Assembly: GCF_964204645.1 (NCBI RefSeq)
Contig: NC_134025.1
Span: forward strand, 16,591,101-16,655,100
Source of the DNA: Tubulanus polymorphus
Taxonomy: Eukaryota; Animalia; Nemertea
Reading direction: 5' to 3'
DNA length: 64,000 nucleotides
Shown: one piece after another, positions 1 through 11,710 of the stretch
Layout: every line of letters starts with the position of its first letter
Numbering within the stretch: the stretch's first letter is position 1
Notes under the pieces: generated by a model
Told to the model about the DNA's origin: nothing
Seen by the model: only the letters and a program-made list of their open reading frames with translations
Database searches by the model: none
Translations under genes and position numbers: made by a program

Positions 1-647
1 TCATTGTTATTCATCACCAGGTTTAACATGGGATTGTGGATTAAAATTTACAGATATAAAAATGGATTTGTTAACAAATATAGGTCAATTATTATTATTT
101 GAAAAATCTATAAGAGGAGGAGTTTCAGGTGTATTAGGTGATAGATATTTCAATGTAAATGATAACCCTGGATATAAGTTATTATATATAGATGCAAATA
201 ATTTGCATGGTTGGGCAATGATGGAACCACAACCTTATGGAGTATTTGAAATAAGTGAAGTTTTACAACATGAAAATAATGATAAATTTGATTGGAAGAG
301 AAGAATCCTAGATATTGCAGATGATTCAGATACTGGGTACTTTTTTGTTGTAGATTTAGAATATCCTGAATATATTAAATTTAAATCTAGAAATCTAGCA
401 TACTGTCCCGAACATAAAACTGTAACTCATGAAGAACTATCAAATTATCAAAAAAGAATTAAAACCCGAAAATCATATTCATACAGAAAAGTTAATGGTA
501 ACTCAAGAAGATAAATATAATTATGTAGTACATTATAGAATGTTAAAGTTTTATCTAAAACAAGGAATGATCCTAAAAAAAGTACATAGATATATTTCAT
601 TTAGTCAATCTAAGTGGTTAGAAAAATATATAGATTTTAACACCAAA

Positions 648-1070
648 TGTTCTAAATCGACGAAACGAATCCTCGAAAATCTATTGAACACGAAAGCACA
701 GCTACATTTCAAACTCAGCGTGTTTATTTTAGCAACTAACGATGCTGCACTATGCCATATAATGCCGGTTTGCTACAAATATGAAAATATATATATAAGT
801 AATCAATTCAATTTATGCAAAGAAAACTAACCCACAGCAAATCTAAAAATTCGTTACTTACAATTACTGTAGCTCCTCGAGCAAGTTTCTACGAAAATGA
901 CCAATGCTCAACTGTGAGATATTCAATATATACTGTATATATAATGTACTAGACTTAGTAACAACAAAGCATGGAGAGGTTCAATGAAGGGTTACAAATC
1001 CTACAGTACTAAAGCTAAACTCGACTACAATGAAATTCTATAGCAGCAAACCGGACTTCAATTTACAACA
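648..1070 (-). repeat. 3' LTR of BEL element
   Basis: Direct repeat of 7092-7514; only 2 mismatches seen (AATGAA vs AATAAA, twice). Confidence 0.95.
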
Positions 1071-1221
1071 CAGCACCTCCTAAACATCCGTATCAGACGG
1101 TGTTTGAAAATATAACGATATCATATTACAAAGATTACATGATTACTTCAAATACATATTATTGTCGTATCAAATATAAGTAATTATCTCGCACATACAA
1201 ATACGAATTTAAGCAAGATAA

Positions 1222-4200
1222 TTATGCAATACTCTCTTCCAATACGCAAAGCTTAACTACTGGTCGAACATAACCTGACGAAGAGGTTTTTACTTTTACC
1301 GAACGAATTCGTCCATCATTAGGACTAGGATAAACTTCAATAATACGACCCAATGGCCATTGACCACGAGGAATGTCTTTGTCTTTGATTAACACTAAGT
1401 CACCTAATTTGACATTTTCTGTATTTTCTAGCCACTTGCTTCTCATGGTTAAGGGTGGCAAATACTCTTTCAGCCAGCGACGCCAAAAGTGGTCTGCCAG
1501 AACCTGGGACTGACGCCATCTTTTTCTACTGTTGATTTCACGCTCATGAAATACTCCAAGGGCCACGACAGAACTAGCACCCCCGTGTAAAAAGTGGTTT
1601 GGTGTAATGGGTGTAAAATCTGCAGGATCCACGCTATTATAAGTTAAAGGTCGACTATTAACAGATGCTTCCACCTCTATAAGCGTTGTTCGCAGCACGT
1701 TTTCAGGAAATGATTGTCCTTTAAGGACTGATTTGATAGCCGCCTTTACCGTTCGAACCAATCTCTCCCAAACCCCACCAAAATGGGGGGCACAGGGACT
1801 ATTAAAGGTCCATTTAATACCCTTTTCATGACAAAAATTAGAAATACGAGATTGATTTAATTGTGTTAAACATTCTCTTAACTCTCTCTCAGCTCCAACA
1901 AAGTTGGAACCATTGTCACTATAAATATGACTCGGCTGACCACGTCGCCCAATGAAATTCCTCAGAATTAGTAAAAATGTGTCAGTTTCCATTGAGTCAG
2001 CTACTTCCAAATGTACTGCACGAGTTACTAAACACGTGAATAAGCAAACCCATACTTTGATTGTAGAACGCCCTCTTTTGATGAATAAAGGGCCAAAATA
2101 GTCTACCCCACTAAATTGAAAGGGTCTGCAATGGCTAGTAATTCTATGTGCGGGTAAATCCGACATAAAAGGAACTCTAGACTTAGCTAATCGACGACGA
2201 CAACCGAAGCACCGCGAAATCGCACGCTTTGCGACAGATCTAGCTTTAATTGGCCAGTACTTTTGACGAACTAATGAAATCAAGTGCTCTGGACCAGCAT
2301 GGAAATGAATAAGGTGTTCTTTTCGTACAAGAAGCTCCGTGATATGATGAGAGAAAGGGAGAAGCAACTGATGGCGCGCCTCTACGGAAACATTTGGAGC
2401 ATTGTGAATCCTTCCACCTACTCTGATACAGGAGCCATCAAAAACTGGATCAAGACAGCGCAAAGAACTATGATCCTTTAACTTCCCCTTTTTAAGGAAA
2501 GAGAACTCCTCTGGGAATGAGTCACGTTGGGCTTGAGAAACTAAGCATGTTTCCGCAAAATCAAAATCTTCCACTGTCAAAGTTTTTGCTTTTACAGCTG
2601 TATATCCCAAACGTGGAACGTGTGAGGCAAAATTCCTGATAGCCCTTAAAATCCAAGCTGTTCTGCGTAACAAAGGGTACCAACGAGAATAATCCTCCGG
2701 CTGTACAAGACCCGTTAAGTCAATGACTGGCTCAGCCTGAGGAAATGCTAAGACTTTATTCACTAGCTTAGTTTTCTTGAGATTTTCATCTATATCTGAA
2801 ATGATACCTAGATCAGGCTGAGACGGCCATTGCTTTTCAGGAACACGGAGAAATTCTCGACCTGCAAACCAACGATGCGAAAAAGTCAGATCAGAAGCTA
2901 AAAGCCCCCTTGAGCAATCGTCAGCAGGATTCGACTCGGATGCAATATACATCCACTGATTAACCGATGATATTTCACGAATTTCCCCCACTCTATTGGC
3001 TACAAAAATCTTGAATCTTTTTTTTTCATTACGAATATATCGTAAAACAGTTTGTGAGTCAGTCCAATAAGAGACTTCATTGTCACAAATTTCTGACAGT
3101 TCTCGCTTCAAAACCTCACCCAAACGAACCGACATAACTGCACCTTGCAGCTCCAATTTCGGCATGGTTAAAGGATGTTTTGTAGGAGCTAAGTGAGTTT
3201 TTGAAGCGAGAAAGGTAGTTTGAAATGAACTATCAATCAAATAACGCAAATATGCTACACTACCAAATGCCCTCTCGGACGCGTCACTAAACAAATGCAA
3301 CTGTACATTACTAACAGAAGGAGAAAACAACTCATGGTGACGAGGAATTTTCAGCTCATGCAACAACTTCAACTCATTTTGCCATTCATCCCAGGTTACC
3401 AATAAGTCCCCAGAAATATCTTCATCCCATTCGAACCCAGACCGCCATATATCTTGAATCAAGCACTTGGCCCTAAGTATGAATGGTGATAGGAAACCTA
3501 ATGGATCAAAAATGGATGAGACAGCGCTTATGATACCTCGTTTAGTAAGTTTAACATCTTTGATAACAGGTTTAAATACAAAGGAATCATTCTGAGCGTT
3601 CCATTTCACACCTAAAGTCCGTTCTACTGATAAGTCACCTAAGTCTAGGTCTAACGAAGGGTTAGCAAGTTCTTCAGGGTGAATTTGGGATAGGACCCAT
3701 TTACTTGATGACATCCACTTTGTGAGATGGAAACCTCCTTTAGCAAGAATATCTTTTACCTCATAAGCTAATTGCAACGCTTTGCTATCACCAGGAACTG
3801 ACTTGAGAAAATCATCCACATAGAAATTTCGCAAGACAGAATTTACAGCGATGCTACTAAAACAATCAATGTTATCACGAGCTGATCTTTTTAGAGCGTA
3901 ATTCGCACAACAAGGCGAGTCTCGAGCACCGAAAATGTGCACCAACATCTTAAAAACCTCCGGAGAACCATATGAGCCATCTGGCCGCCAAAGGAATCTC
4001 AATGATTCAGATTCGCTTTCAGAGGTTCTCACTTGATGAAACATCGCTTGTATGTCCGCAACAAGCGCTGTTTCAAATAAACGAAATCTTTGTAAGACAC
4101 CAAACAAACTATTTAACAGATCAGGGCCTGTCATTAGTAAGTTGTTTAACGAAGAACCCCTGAACTGCGAAGCTGCATCAAACACTACCCGAAATTTACG

Positions 4201-5913
4201 CGGCTTGTTCGGGTTCAAAACGCAATGGTGAGGAAGATACCAAGTTCTAGGTGTCGAAATAATTTCTTCCTCAGGAGTCAACTTTCGAGCATACCCAGCG
4301 GAAATATAGCCATTAAGTGTATCACAATAGCCATTTTTAATTACAGAATCTTTACACAGGCGGTTTGTTAGCAAGTCAAATCTTCTCTTAGCTAATGGAA
4401 AGTTATTTGGTAAAACACTATTTTCATCTCTCCATAGCATACCTACTTGATAATGATCACCCACAAGTTGGGTTGTTTCTTCAAGAATTTTAAGAGCTCT
4501 TTGATCTTCAACCGATCCAATCTTATCAGGGTAAGTTACACCAAAGGATTCTGTTGACCAAAAGTTCTCAATTTGTCGTGAGAGTGAATTTTCATCAACA
4601 AGAGAGCATTCATAAACAATTGAATGGACGTGAACATCGCACAAGTCATTTGACATGTTCCCAAACAAACACCACCCTAATCTAGTCCGAATAGCTAAGG
4701 GCTGATTTGATGTCCCTTCCCTTACCTCTAATTGTATATGTGCTCTAGGTACATTTGCACCCAAAAGTACTTTAACCTGACGTGGGAATGTATCAGGAAA
4801 TCGCAGACCCTCTAAATGTTTCAACTTATGAGGAGAAAATTCATTATATTTCTGAAGTGGACAACTGATATTACCAGATGTAGTCCATGCTTGGGACACA
4901 TGAATGATTTCTGACAAAGGATCATTGCTTCGAACGGTAAAGGAAACACGGCGAGATAACTGTGCATCGCTTGAGTGAAGTGTGTTGATAGTCAATACTT
5001 GTTTTTTACCAGACAACCCTAAATCAATAGCCAGATCTTCACGGATTAATGTCACGTCACTCCCAGAATCCAGCAGACCATACGTCAATATACGTCTTCC
5101 GTTAGCACCCTGAACCACAATCGGCAAAACCTGAAAATACACGTCAGAACAATTACTATCGAGACCAAGAACTATATTGCGTTCTATTGCGCTAGGTGCT
5201 ACACCTTGACTACTACTGGCTTGCGATTCACTATTACAAGTGTCTAGATTCTGAGTTTGATTCTTTTGTTCAATATCATTAATTTTGATTTTACGTTTAA
5301 CATGAAGCAGTGTATGATGTCTCTTGCCACACCCTGGTTCTTTACAGCAAGAAAGAGATTTGCAAGTCGCAATGAAATGACCAGGTGACAAACAATTAAT
5401 ACACAAACGTAATCTCTTGACTAGAGCAAATCTTTCATCTACCGATTTATCAATGAAATCTCCACAATTACTCACAGAATGACTACCTGAACAAATAACA
5501 CATTCAAATATTTTCCCACCTGACACGCAACTGCTAGACATCTGTTTCGTGGAATTATTCACATTGATTTTCCGTGATCCTAAAGCATTACTAGAAAAAT
5601 TATTACGTTTCAATTTCAACCTATTTTGTTGTAATGAAAATGGACCGAAGTCAGCGTCAACACAATCTTTGAGCCAACTTTCTAGATCAAACAATGTAGG
5701 ATCTCGTTGTCGAGATATACGTCTAACGAATTCGTTCCATTTTGAACGCTTGTCAATCGGGATACGTTTTACAACTTTCTGTAATAAATCACTACTGCCA
5801 ATTTCAGAAAGATAATTCATTTGTTTTAGAGTAATTAAGCAATCTCTCACACTAATGTAAAAGGAACGTAATGATATTGAATCATATGAATTTGTGGGTG
5901 GACCGTTCGTAAT
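1222..5913 (-). CDS. BEL/Pao Gag(C-part)-Pol: Zn knuckles, aspartic protease, RT, RNase H, integrase
   Basis: Three Cys/His knuckles (CVICSGSH, CINCLSPGH, CKEPGCGKRHH), LLDSGS protease, YLPHH..RVVFDA, ADIQAMF, FYVDD RT, LHLFSDAS RNase H, GVDYFGP..SDNGSNF..GGVWERL integrase. Frame stays open upstream of 5850 to the MITE junction at 5913. Confidence 0.95.
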   Translation of the reverse strand: MTNGPPTNSYDSISLRSFYISVRDCLITLKQMNYLSEIGSSDLLQKVVKRIPIDKRSKWNEFVRRISRQRDPTLFDLESWLKDCVDADFGPFSLQQNRLKLKRNNFSSNALGSRKINVNNSTKQMSSSCVSGGKIFECVICSGSHSVSNCGDFIDKSVDERFALVKRLRLCINCLSPGHFIATCKSLSCCKEPGCGKRHHTLLHVKRKIKINDIEQKNQTQNLDTCNSESQASSSQGVAPSAIERNIVLGLDSNCSDVYFQVLPIVVQGANGRRILTYGLLDSGSDVTLIREDLAIDLGLSGKKQVLTINTLHSSDAQLSRRVSFTVRSNDPLSEIIHVSQAWTTSGNISCPLQKYNEFSPHKLKHLEGLRFPDTFPRQVKVLLGANVPRAHIQLEVREGTSNQPLAIRTRLGWCLFGNMSNDLCDVHVHSIVYECSLVDENSLSRQIENFWSTESFGVTYPDKIGSVEDQRALKILEETTQLVGDHYQVGMLWRDENSVLPNNFPLAKRRFDLLTNRLCKDSVIKNGYCDTLNGYISAGYARKLTPEEEIISTPRTWYLPHHCVLNPNKPRKFRVVFDAASQFRGSSLNNLLMTGPDLLNSLFGVLQRFRLFETALVADIQAMFHQVRTSESESESLRFLWRPDGSYGSPEVFKMLVHIFGARDSPCCANYALKRSARDNIDCFSSIAVNSVLRNFYVDDFLKSVPGDSKALQLAYEVKDILAKGGFHLTKWMSSSKWVLSQIHPEELANPSLDLDLGDLSVERTLGVKWNAQNDSFVFKPVIKDVKLTKRGIISAVSSIFDPLGFLSPFILRAKCLIQDIWRSGFEWDEDISGDLLVTWDEWQNELKLLHELKIPRHHELFSPSVSNVQLHLFSDASERAFGSVAYLRYLIDSSFQTTFLASKTHLAPTKHPLTMPKLELQGAVMSVRLGEVLKRELSEICDNEVSYWTDSQTVLRYIRNEKKRFKIFVANRVGEIREISSVNQWMYIASESNPADDCSRGLLASDLTFSHRWFAGREFLRVPEKQWPSQPDLGIISDIDENLKKTKLVNKVLAFPQAEPVIDLTGLVQPEDYSRWYPLLRRTAWILRAIRNFASHVPRLGYTAVKAKTLTVEDFDFAETCLVSQAQRDSFPEEFSFLKKGKLKDHSSLRCLDPVFDGSCIRVGGRIHNAPNVSVEARHQLLLPFSHHITELLVRKEHLIHFHAGPEHLISLVRQKYWPIKARSVAKRAISRCFGCRRRLAKSRVPFMSDLPAHRITSHCRPFQFSGVDYFGPLFIKRGRSTIKVWVCLFTCLVTRAVHLEVADSMETDTFLLILRNFIGRRGQPSHIYSDNGSNFVGAERELRECLTQLNQSRISNFCHEKGIKWTFNSPCAPHFGGVWERLVRTVKAAIKSVLKGQSFPENVLRTTLIEVEASVNSRPLTYNSVDPADFTPITPNHFLHGGASSVVALGVFHEREINSRKRWRQSQVLADHFWRRWLKEYLPPLTMRSKWLENTENVKLGDLVLIKDKDIPRGQWPLGRIIEVYPSPNDGRIRSVKVKTSSSGYVRPVVKLCVLEESIA

Positions 5914-6259
5914 GGGGTACCCGCAGTGCTACTGTGGCAATCGAGGATTCCACGTATGGCAGGCGAGGATCCACCAGGTGTCGCTAGTAGATAGTTGGTC
6001 GTCCACGTTCGATTTCGTCTACATTTCAATTAAACCTAAATTAACTTTTCTCTTAAATGAATGAATCATTTTTGGAAACTTTACCGATATCCGATTAGAA
6101 GAATGAAAGTATTGTATATTGGTAGGTGCTGTGATAGTATATGGATTGAGGAGTTCAAAAATCCAGTTCAAATGTCATTGAAAATGAACTAATTTTGACA
6201 ACGAACGACCTACTGCTTGTCGCGCCATCTGGTGGTATAGCTGGTTTCGCGGGTACCCC
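5914..6259. mobile_element. 346-bp MITE, 11-bp TIR GGGGTACCCGC, 2-bp AT target duplication (ISL2EU/Harbinger-like)
   Basis: GGGGTACCCGC at 5914-5924 and GCGGGTACCCC at 6249-6259; AT on both flanks; excision restores the gag frame. Confidence 0.85.
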
Positions 6260-7062
6260 ATTGATTCAATATAAGCCCTAGCTACGTGTACTCTGTGTCC
6301 AAACACAAACTTTAGCTCCTTAAGGGAGCGTGCATAATTACAACCACTAAACCCAAGACCTTGAATGAGCTCTCTGGCCTCACCTTTCACATGCGACTGC
6401 AGAAGGTCTTGACGTCTGGAATCTTTGATCCCGGGACGATTATGTACTTGCACATAAAACTGCTCAATGAACCTTGGCCATACAAGTGGTGAACCGTCGA
6501 ACATCGGGAGACCAACTTTCGGTAAATCTCGATCAATCTCCATCTTGATAACGGCTTCTTCCAGGGAGGTTGATGATTCCACATTTACTATAGTTTCGAC
6601 TCCTTCGACCAAATCATCGATCCACGCATCAATGGTCCTAAGCGACGAGTTGTTTACAGCATTCGTCACGACATTCTCTGAAAGATCCTCTGCAACTGGA
6701 TGCGACACGGAAGATGTAGACGACGCTTGGAAAACGGGTGCATTCGGATCAAGAGACGAGTCTCTTTTAGCAAAATTGTCTAACCTTTCTAAAGCAACCA
6801 TAGCTTTATCGAAATAACACTCCATCCAACGCCCAGCGGTTTCGATTTCTTCTTCATTCTCGAGTACAGACATGAACTTGTCGTGAGCAGTCTGCAGATT
6901 TTGCAAACATCCAGTGATACGTTGCTTTGCCGGTTCAACAGCCGCCGATATGCGAACTGAATCCGCAGCATCAATAGCACGAGTAAGCCAACCAGCGAGA
7001 CTTGTACGAGTGGCTTTCAACGACTTACTTTTACTAGTATTTGAATCTTCGTTAGCGGTCAT
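6175..7062 (-). pseudogene. BEL Gag N-terminal part, truncated by MITE
   Basis: LPMFDGSPLVWPRF is the typical BEL gag motif. Removing the MITE plus TSD (348 bp) joins AYIES-ITNGPP in frame with the pol ORF (~1830 aa). Confidence 0.9.
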
Positions 7063-7091
7063 GATGAGCTTTCGAGTAATTCAAACTATAA

Positions 7092-7514
7092 TGTTCTAAA
7101 TCGACGAAACGAATCCTCGAAAATCTATTGAACACGAAAGCACAGCTACATTTCAAACTCAGCGTGTTTATTTTAGCAACTAACGATGCTGCACTATGCC
7201 ATATAATGCCGGTTTGCTACAAATATGAAAATATATATATAAGTAATCAATTCAATTTATGCAAAGAAAACTAACCCACAGCAAATCTAAAAATTCGTTA
7301 CTTACAATTACTGTAGCTCCTCGAGCAAGTTTCTACGAAAATGACCAATGCTCAACTGTGAGATATTCAATATATACTGTATATATAATGTACTAGACTT
7401 AGTAACAACAAAGCATGGAGAGGTTCAATAAAGGGTTACAAATCCTACAGTACTAAAGCTAAACTCGACTACAATAAAATTCTATAGCAGCAAACCGGAC
7501 TTCAATTTACAACA
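7092..7514 (-). repeat. 5' LTR of BEL element
   Basis: Direct repeat of 648-1070; gag ATG at 7062 lies 30 bp downstream. Confidence 0.95.
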
Positions 7515-8333
7515 CCAAATAGAGAACTGAAGCTAAAACTGATTTTGAGAAAGATTTCTTCAAGTTAATGAACAATGCATTCTATGGTAAGACTTGTGAA
7601 AATATTAGAAATAGAAATGATATTGAGTTAGTTAGTAATGGCAAAAGGATAAGGCATTTACAAACATACCCTTAATATATAGGTAAATGGATAAGTTATT
7701 AATGTATGAATTCTATTATAATGTATTACAACCTCATTTTGGAGAAAAACATATAGAAATCTTATATTTTGATACCGATTCTTACATATTGAAGATAAAA
7801 ACTAATAACATAACAGATGATTTAAAAACATTAAAACATCATTTTGATCTTAGTAACTATCCTAAAGATCATGAATTGTTTAGCAATGATAATAAAAAAG
7901 TTCCTGGTAAATTCAAAGATTAATTAGGTGGTGAAGAAATGATTGAATTCATAGGTATTAGATCTAAAATGTATTCATAAAAAACTAAAGAACATGAAGC
8001 TAAAAAGTTAAAAGGAATAACCAAAAGTGTAGTAGAAAAGAATATTCATTTCAAAGATTACATCAATTGTATATTCAATGAAGAAGTTAGAAAACATAAG
8101 ATGAGATGTTTAAGATCTGAAGATCATGAAATGTTTATTGAAGAAATTGAAAAGATTAGTCTAAACCCATTTGATGATAAAAGATATATTTTAGATGATG
8201 GAATTCATACAGTTGCTTATGGTTGTAATTTAGATGAATACTTAAAATTTAAAAGAGAAGAAACAAAAGAAAATGAGATAATGAAAAGAATTCTAACGTG
8301 TTAATCAAATTTTAATAAAAATATGTATTATAA

Positions 8334-8687
8334 ATGGAGAGAAAACAAGCACACCGTGAGAACAACAAATTATTTCTAGATAGAATAACAGATACTTCAA
8401 ATGTCAAATCAGTAGATTATAAATTTAAGAAGTTAAAAGAATTAATAATCCATAAGAAATATCTAATTACAAATATTGATACAGTTACTAACAAATATGG
8501 AGATAAATTAGTTATACACTTAGAATATGAAGGATTAAAAGGAAATAAATATAAATTCAGAACATATTTAGCAGATAGATTTCATAGATTATCAAGTGAA
8601 GATTTAGAAGAATTATGTTCTGGTGATTTCTATTTCATATACAAAGGTAAGAATGAAAAAGGGCATCATGAAATAGATTTCGAATAA
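8334..8687 (+). CDS. Conserved ~115-aa protein, possible OB-fold ssDNA-binding protein
   Basis: Homologous to 46295-46636 and 38503-38829 (FKKL..TNKYGDK..YLPDRF..YKGKN). Fold call is inference. Confidence 0.7.
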   Translation: MERKQAHRENNKLFLDRITDTSNVKSVDYKFKKLKELIIHKKYLITNIDTVTNKYGDKLVIHLEYEGLKGNKYKFRTYLADRFHRLSSEDLEELCSGDFYFIYKGKNEKGHHEIDFE

Positions 8688-8704
8688 GAAAATATGTAAA
8701 ATAA

Positions 8705-9213
8705 AGGGTAGAATTAAAAGAATATAGAATATTTGTTGATTCTAGAAGACTTACAAATTATAAATCTCATAATTTACTAGTTCAATTAGATAGGGAATAT
8801 AAAAGTTGTGTTGATTTAAAATTAGTAAATATAAGTTTATGTAACTCATTTTACAATATATCGAATAAAACTGTTGAACATAGAGCCTTTTTAATTTTTA
8901 ATAAAAATAAAAATGAATGGGCCTATATATCTTTAAAACCGGGGTTATATAATTTAGATACATTGGCACAAGAAATTAATAGAAAAGCCTGGCACAAGTC
9001 AGGTAATAATTCCGGGTTTTATATTAGATTTTTAAAAAGTGAGAGTTCTAACAAAATAAAGATAAGGTTGTCTGATATTGAAAAACATGCATTTATGGTA
9101 AAAAAAAACCTATAGCTAAACTGTTAGGAATTCCTCCAGATAAATCTTTTACAAATATTGATGCTACACCACACTTAATACCTTTTACACACTTTTATAT
9201 TTATTGCAATTTA
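8705..9213 (+). pseudogene. Minor capsid protein remnant (E1)
   Basis: Aligns to 46654-47415; start mutated (TAAAGG); frameshift; deletion at ~9213 removes its 3' end and most of the next gene. Confidence 0.85.
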
Positions 9214-9261
9214 AATAAGATAACTTAATATTTTGAAGATAGTAATTTTTTTGATAAATAA

Positions 9262-9483
9262 ATGAGTGATAATAAGTGGATAATAACTGGATTATATAAT
9301 GGAGCATTACTATCAGTTGGAACTGTTGGTTATTCAACGGTATTAAAAAAAGTATTTAAAATGGGAAGTGTTAATGTTGATAGATTTGATATAAATGATA
9401 TTTTAAAATTAACATTAGCAGTTACTTTATCTAATTTAACTATTGATTATTTGGAAAAACAAAAATATATTCCTCCCATATAA
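9262..9483 (+). CDS. 73-aa small hydrophobic protein
   Basis: Near-identical to 30208-30429 and 47775-47996. Confidence 0.85.
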   Translation: MSDNKWIITGLYNGALLSVGTVGYSTVLKKVFKMGSVNVDRFDINDILKLTLAVTLSNLTIDYLEKQKYIPPI

Positions 9484-9507
9484 ATACATAATTATTTTAC
9501 TAAATAA

Positions 9508-9930
9508 ATGGCTTCTGCAGTTAAAACTTTTATAGGATCGGCAATTGTTAACGCTTTAGCATTTACTGGTGGTGGTTATTTATTTAAGCATATTGATAAA
9601 AATGGTTCATTAACACAACAAAAAAGACATAACTTAGCATAAGAGAAATACAATAAAGCAGCAGAAGAATATAGAGAAAAGAGGCAAAACTATATGGATT
9701 ATATTAACAAGGAATTATATGATCAGAAGATTTCACATAGAGATTTTCAATCAGTTGATGATGCAATGAGTTTATATAACGCGGTAACCAATAAAGAAAA
9801 ATTACATCTATACAAACCTAAATTATCAGATTATTATACCCCGAGTAAAGAACAACAGGAATATGAAATAAAATGGATTTAAGGTGGAACAGTTATTGTT
9901 ATATTTGTAGTATATAGATTTACTAATTAG
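9508..9930 (+). pseudogene. 140-aa membrane protein homolog with stops
   Basis: Aligns to 30455-30877; two in-frame TAA. Confidence 0.85.
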
Positions 9931-9950
9931 TAATTTTTTTTGCTAAATAA

Positions 9951-10376
9951 ATGGATGATAATATTGATATTATTCCTCATGATATAAATAAAACTAAATT
10001 AAAAATATATTTAGAAAAACAAATATTAGAATTTGAAAATGATTTAAAAGTTAAAAAGAAAAAATATTAAAAAAGTGAAATTATATATTATTTGATTATA
10101 AGTGGTTCGGTTACAATTAGTTCTGTAATAACATTTCTAGCAATATTCAGTCCATTAACACCTTTAGCTATATCAATTGGTGTGTTAGGATTAAGTTCAA
10201 GTGTTTTAACTGGTATAAGTTCAAAATTAAATATAAAAAGTAATAACGAAAAAATTAAAACTAATATAAAAGAGATTAATAAATTGAAAAATACACTAGA
10301 TTATATAATAAGTTTAAATGGTCATATAACAGTTGAAGAACAAGATAAATTATTAAAAGAATTAGTTAATTATTAA
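9951..10376 (+). pseudogene. 144-aa two-TM protein homolog with stop
   Basis: Aligns to 30897-31331. Confidence 0.85.
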
Positions 10377-10392
10377 TTTTTTAATTATATAA

Positions 10393-11694
10393 ATGGGGTT
10401 TCCAAAAGCTTTCCAATATAATAAATTAATTAAATATAATATTCCTGCAATAGATTTTAAAAAAAAATATTACAGATAAAAATGTAGTTTTAAATTCATT
10501 AACTAATTTAAAAATTTATGTTACTGAATCACAGTTTTTTATTTCTAAAATGGAAAATATATTTAATACATATGAAGTTACTTTTACTCGAGATGAATAT
10601 CATATATATAAAGTAAAATCTAATATGAAATATTGGCAGAATCAATTGAATTTTGCTGTTTATTGTGCAACAACAGGATGCGGAATAAGTTGGAATGATC
10701 ATTTAAATAACTTAGATAAAAATTTGAAGTATTCTGATTTAAAATTGATTCACACAATATTTAGATTTCACACATATTTTCAAATCAGAATAATATTAAA
10801 TGAATTAGAATGTCCTTTACCCGGATCTAAATATTTTAAAGAATTGGACAATAATATTAATCTATCTAAGTTTTATAAAATATGTAATGAATTTAACATA
10901 AATATTAATTCCGATTTTAGAGCGCATGGTAAATTGCAAGATGTTGGTGAAGAGTATGAAATAAAAAAAATTGATTATATGCATAGAATTGGAGCTTATC
11001 ATAATTATAAAATTGATAATAATAATGGTTGGGTTAATTTCATTTTAGAAAATGGCGAAGGTTTTACAAAATCAGGTATACAAAGAATAAATCAATCTAT
11101 TAGAACTTATTTGATATGTATTTTAGGCGCTCAAGTTGAAACAAGATCCCCAATAGTTGGAAATGATAACACTTCATTTGATTCGCAGAAACAATTCAAA
11201 GTATTATTTGAAGATTCCATTCATAATGATAAAAAATAGATCGATTCCAGAAAACAGTAAGATATCAAAATTATTTAGATGAATCACATATTAGATTAAA
11301 TTATTGTATAGGCCCTAATCTATTAATTATTTCTAATGATTTAGTATTAAAGATGGGAAATATAATTGGTTATTATAATCTAATTAAAACTGCAAGAATA
11401 AATAATTCATTTGGATTAAATGATATAAATAAAAAGATTATTACTGCTCCAAAATTAATGGAAGGTGAAAAAAATAAAAAACATATTCAATCAACAGAAA
11501 CTAAAACTAATAATATTAAATTAAATAATGATTCTAAAATAAAAGATTACAATACATCAGAAGATATAAAAACTGATATTATTCAACATGACATAATTAA
11601 ACTAAATGATGATTATAAATCCCATGAAAATACTAAATTAGCTTTAACTTGTATAGGAATTGTAATCGGAGGAATATTATATTTTAAATTTTAA
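10393..11694 (+). pseudogene. ~445-aa protein homolog (WQNQLNFAVxCATxGCG), frameshifted
   Basis: Aligns to 31348-32685 in pieces. Confidence 0.85.
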
Positions 11695-11710
11695 TTTTTT
11701 TATTATGTAA

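Larger units (their letters stand above)
648..7514 (-). mobile_element. Full-length BEL/Pao LTR retrotransposon
   Basis: 423-bp LTRs TGT...ACA at 648-1070 and 7092-7514. 5-bp TSD CCAAA at 643-647 and 7515-7519. Gag-PR-RT-RH-IN order. Purine-rich tract next to the 3' LTR (rc of CAGCACCTCC). Confidence 0.96.
1..8304 (+). pseudogene. Protein-primed DNA polymerase B (pPolB) of E1, disrupted
   Basis: Fragments SIRGG, YIDANNL, KLMNNAFYGKT, YFDTDSY, FDDKRY nearly identical to E3 pPolB. Split by the LTR element 648-7514, with in-frame stops and a deletion near 7688. Confidence 0.93.

Noticed and set aside
5847-6175. Gap between gag and pol as a programmed frameshift or readthrough
   Set aside because: Fully explained by the MITE insertion; both parts are in the same frame.
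2284-7099. Short + strand ORFs inside the BEL element
   Set aside because: Antisense to gag-pol with no protein features.
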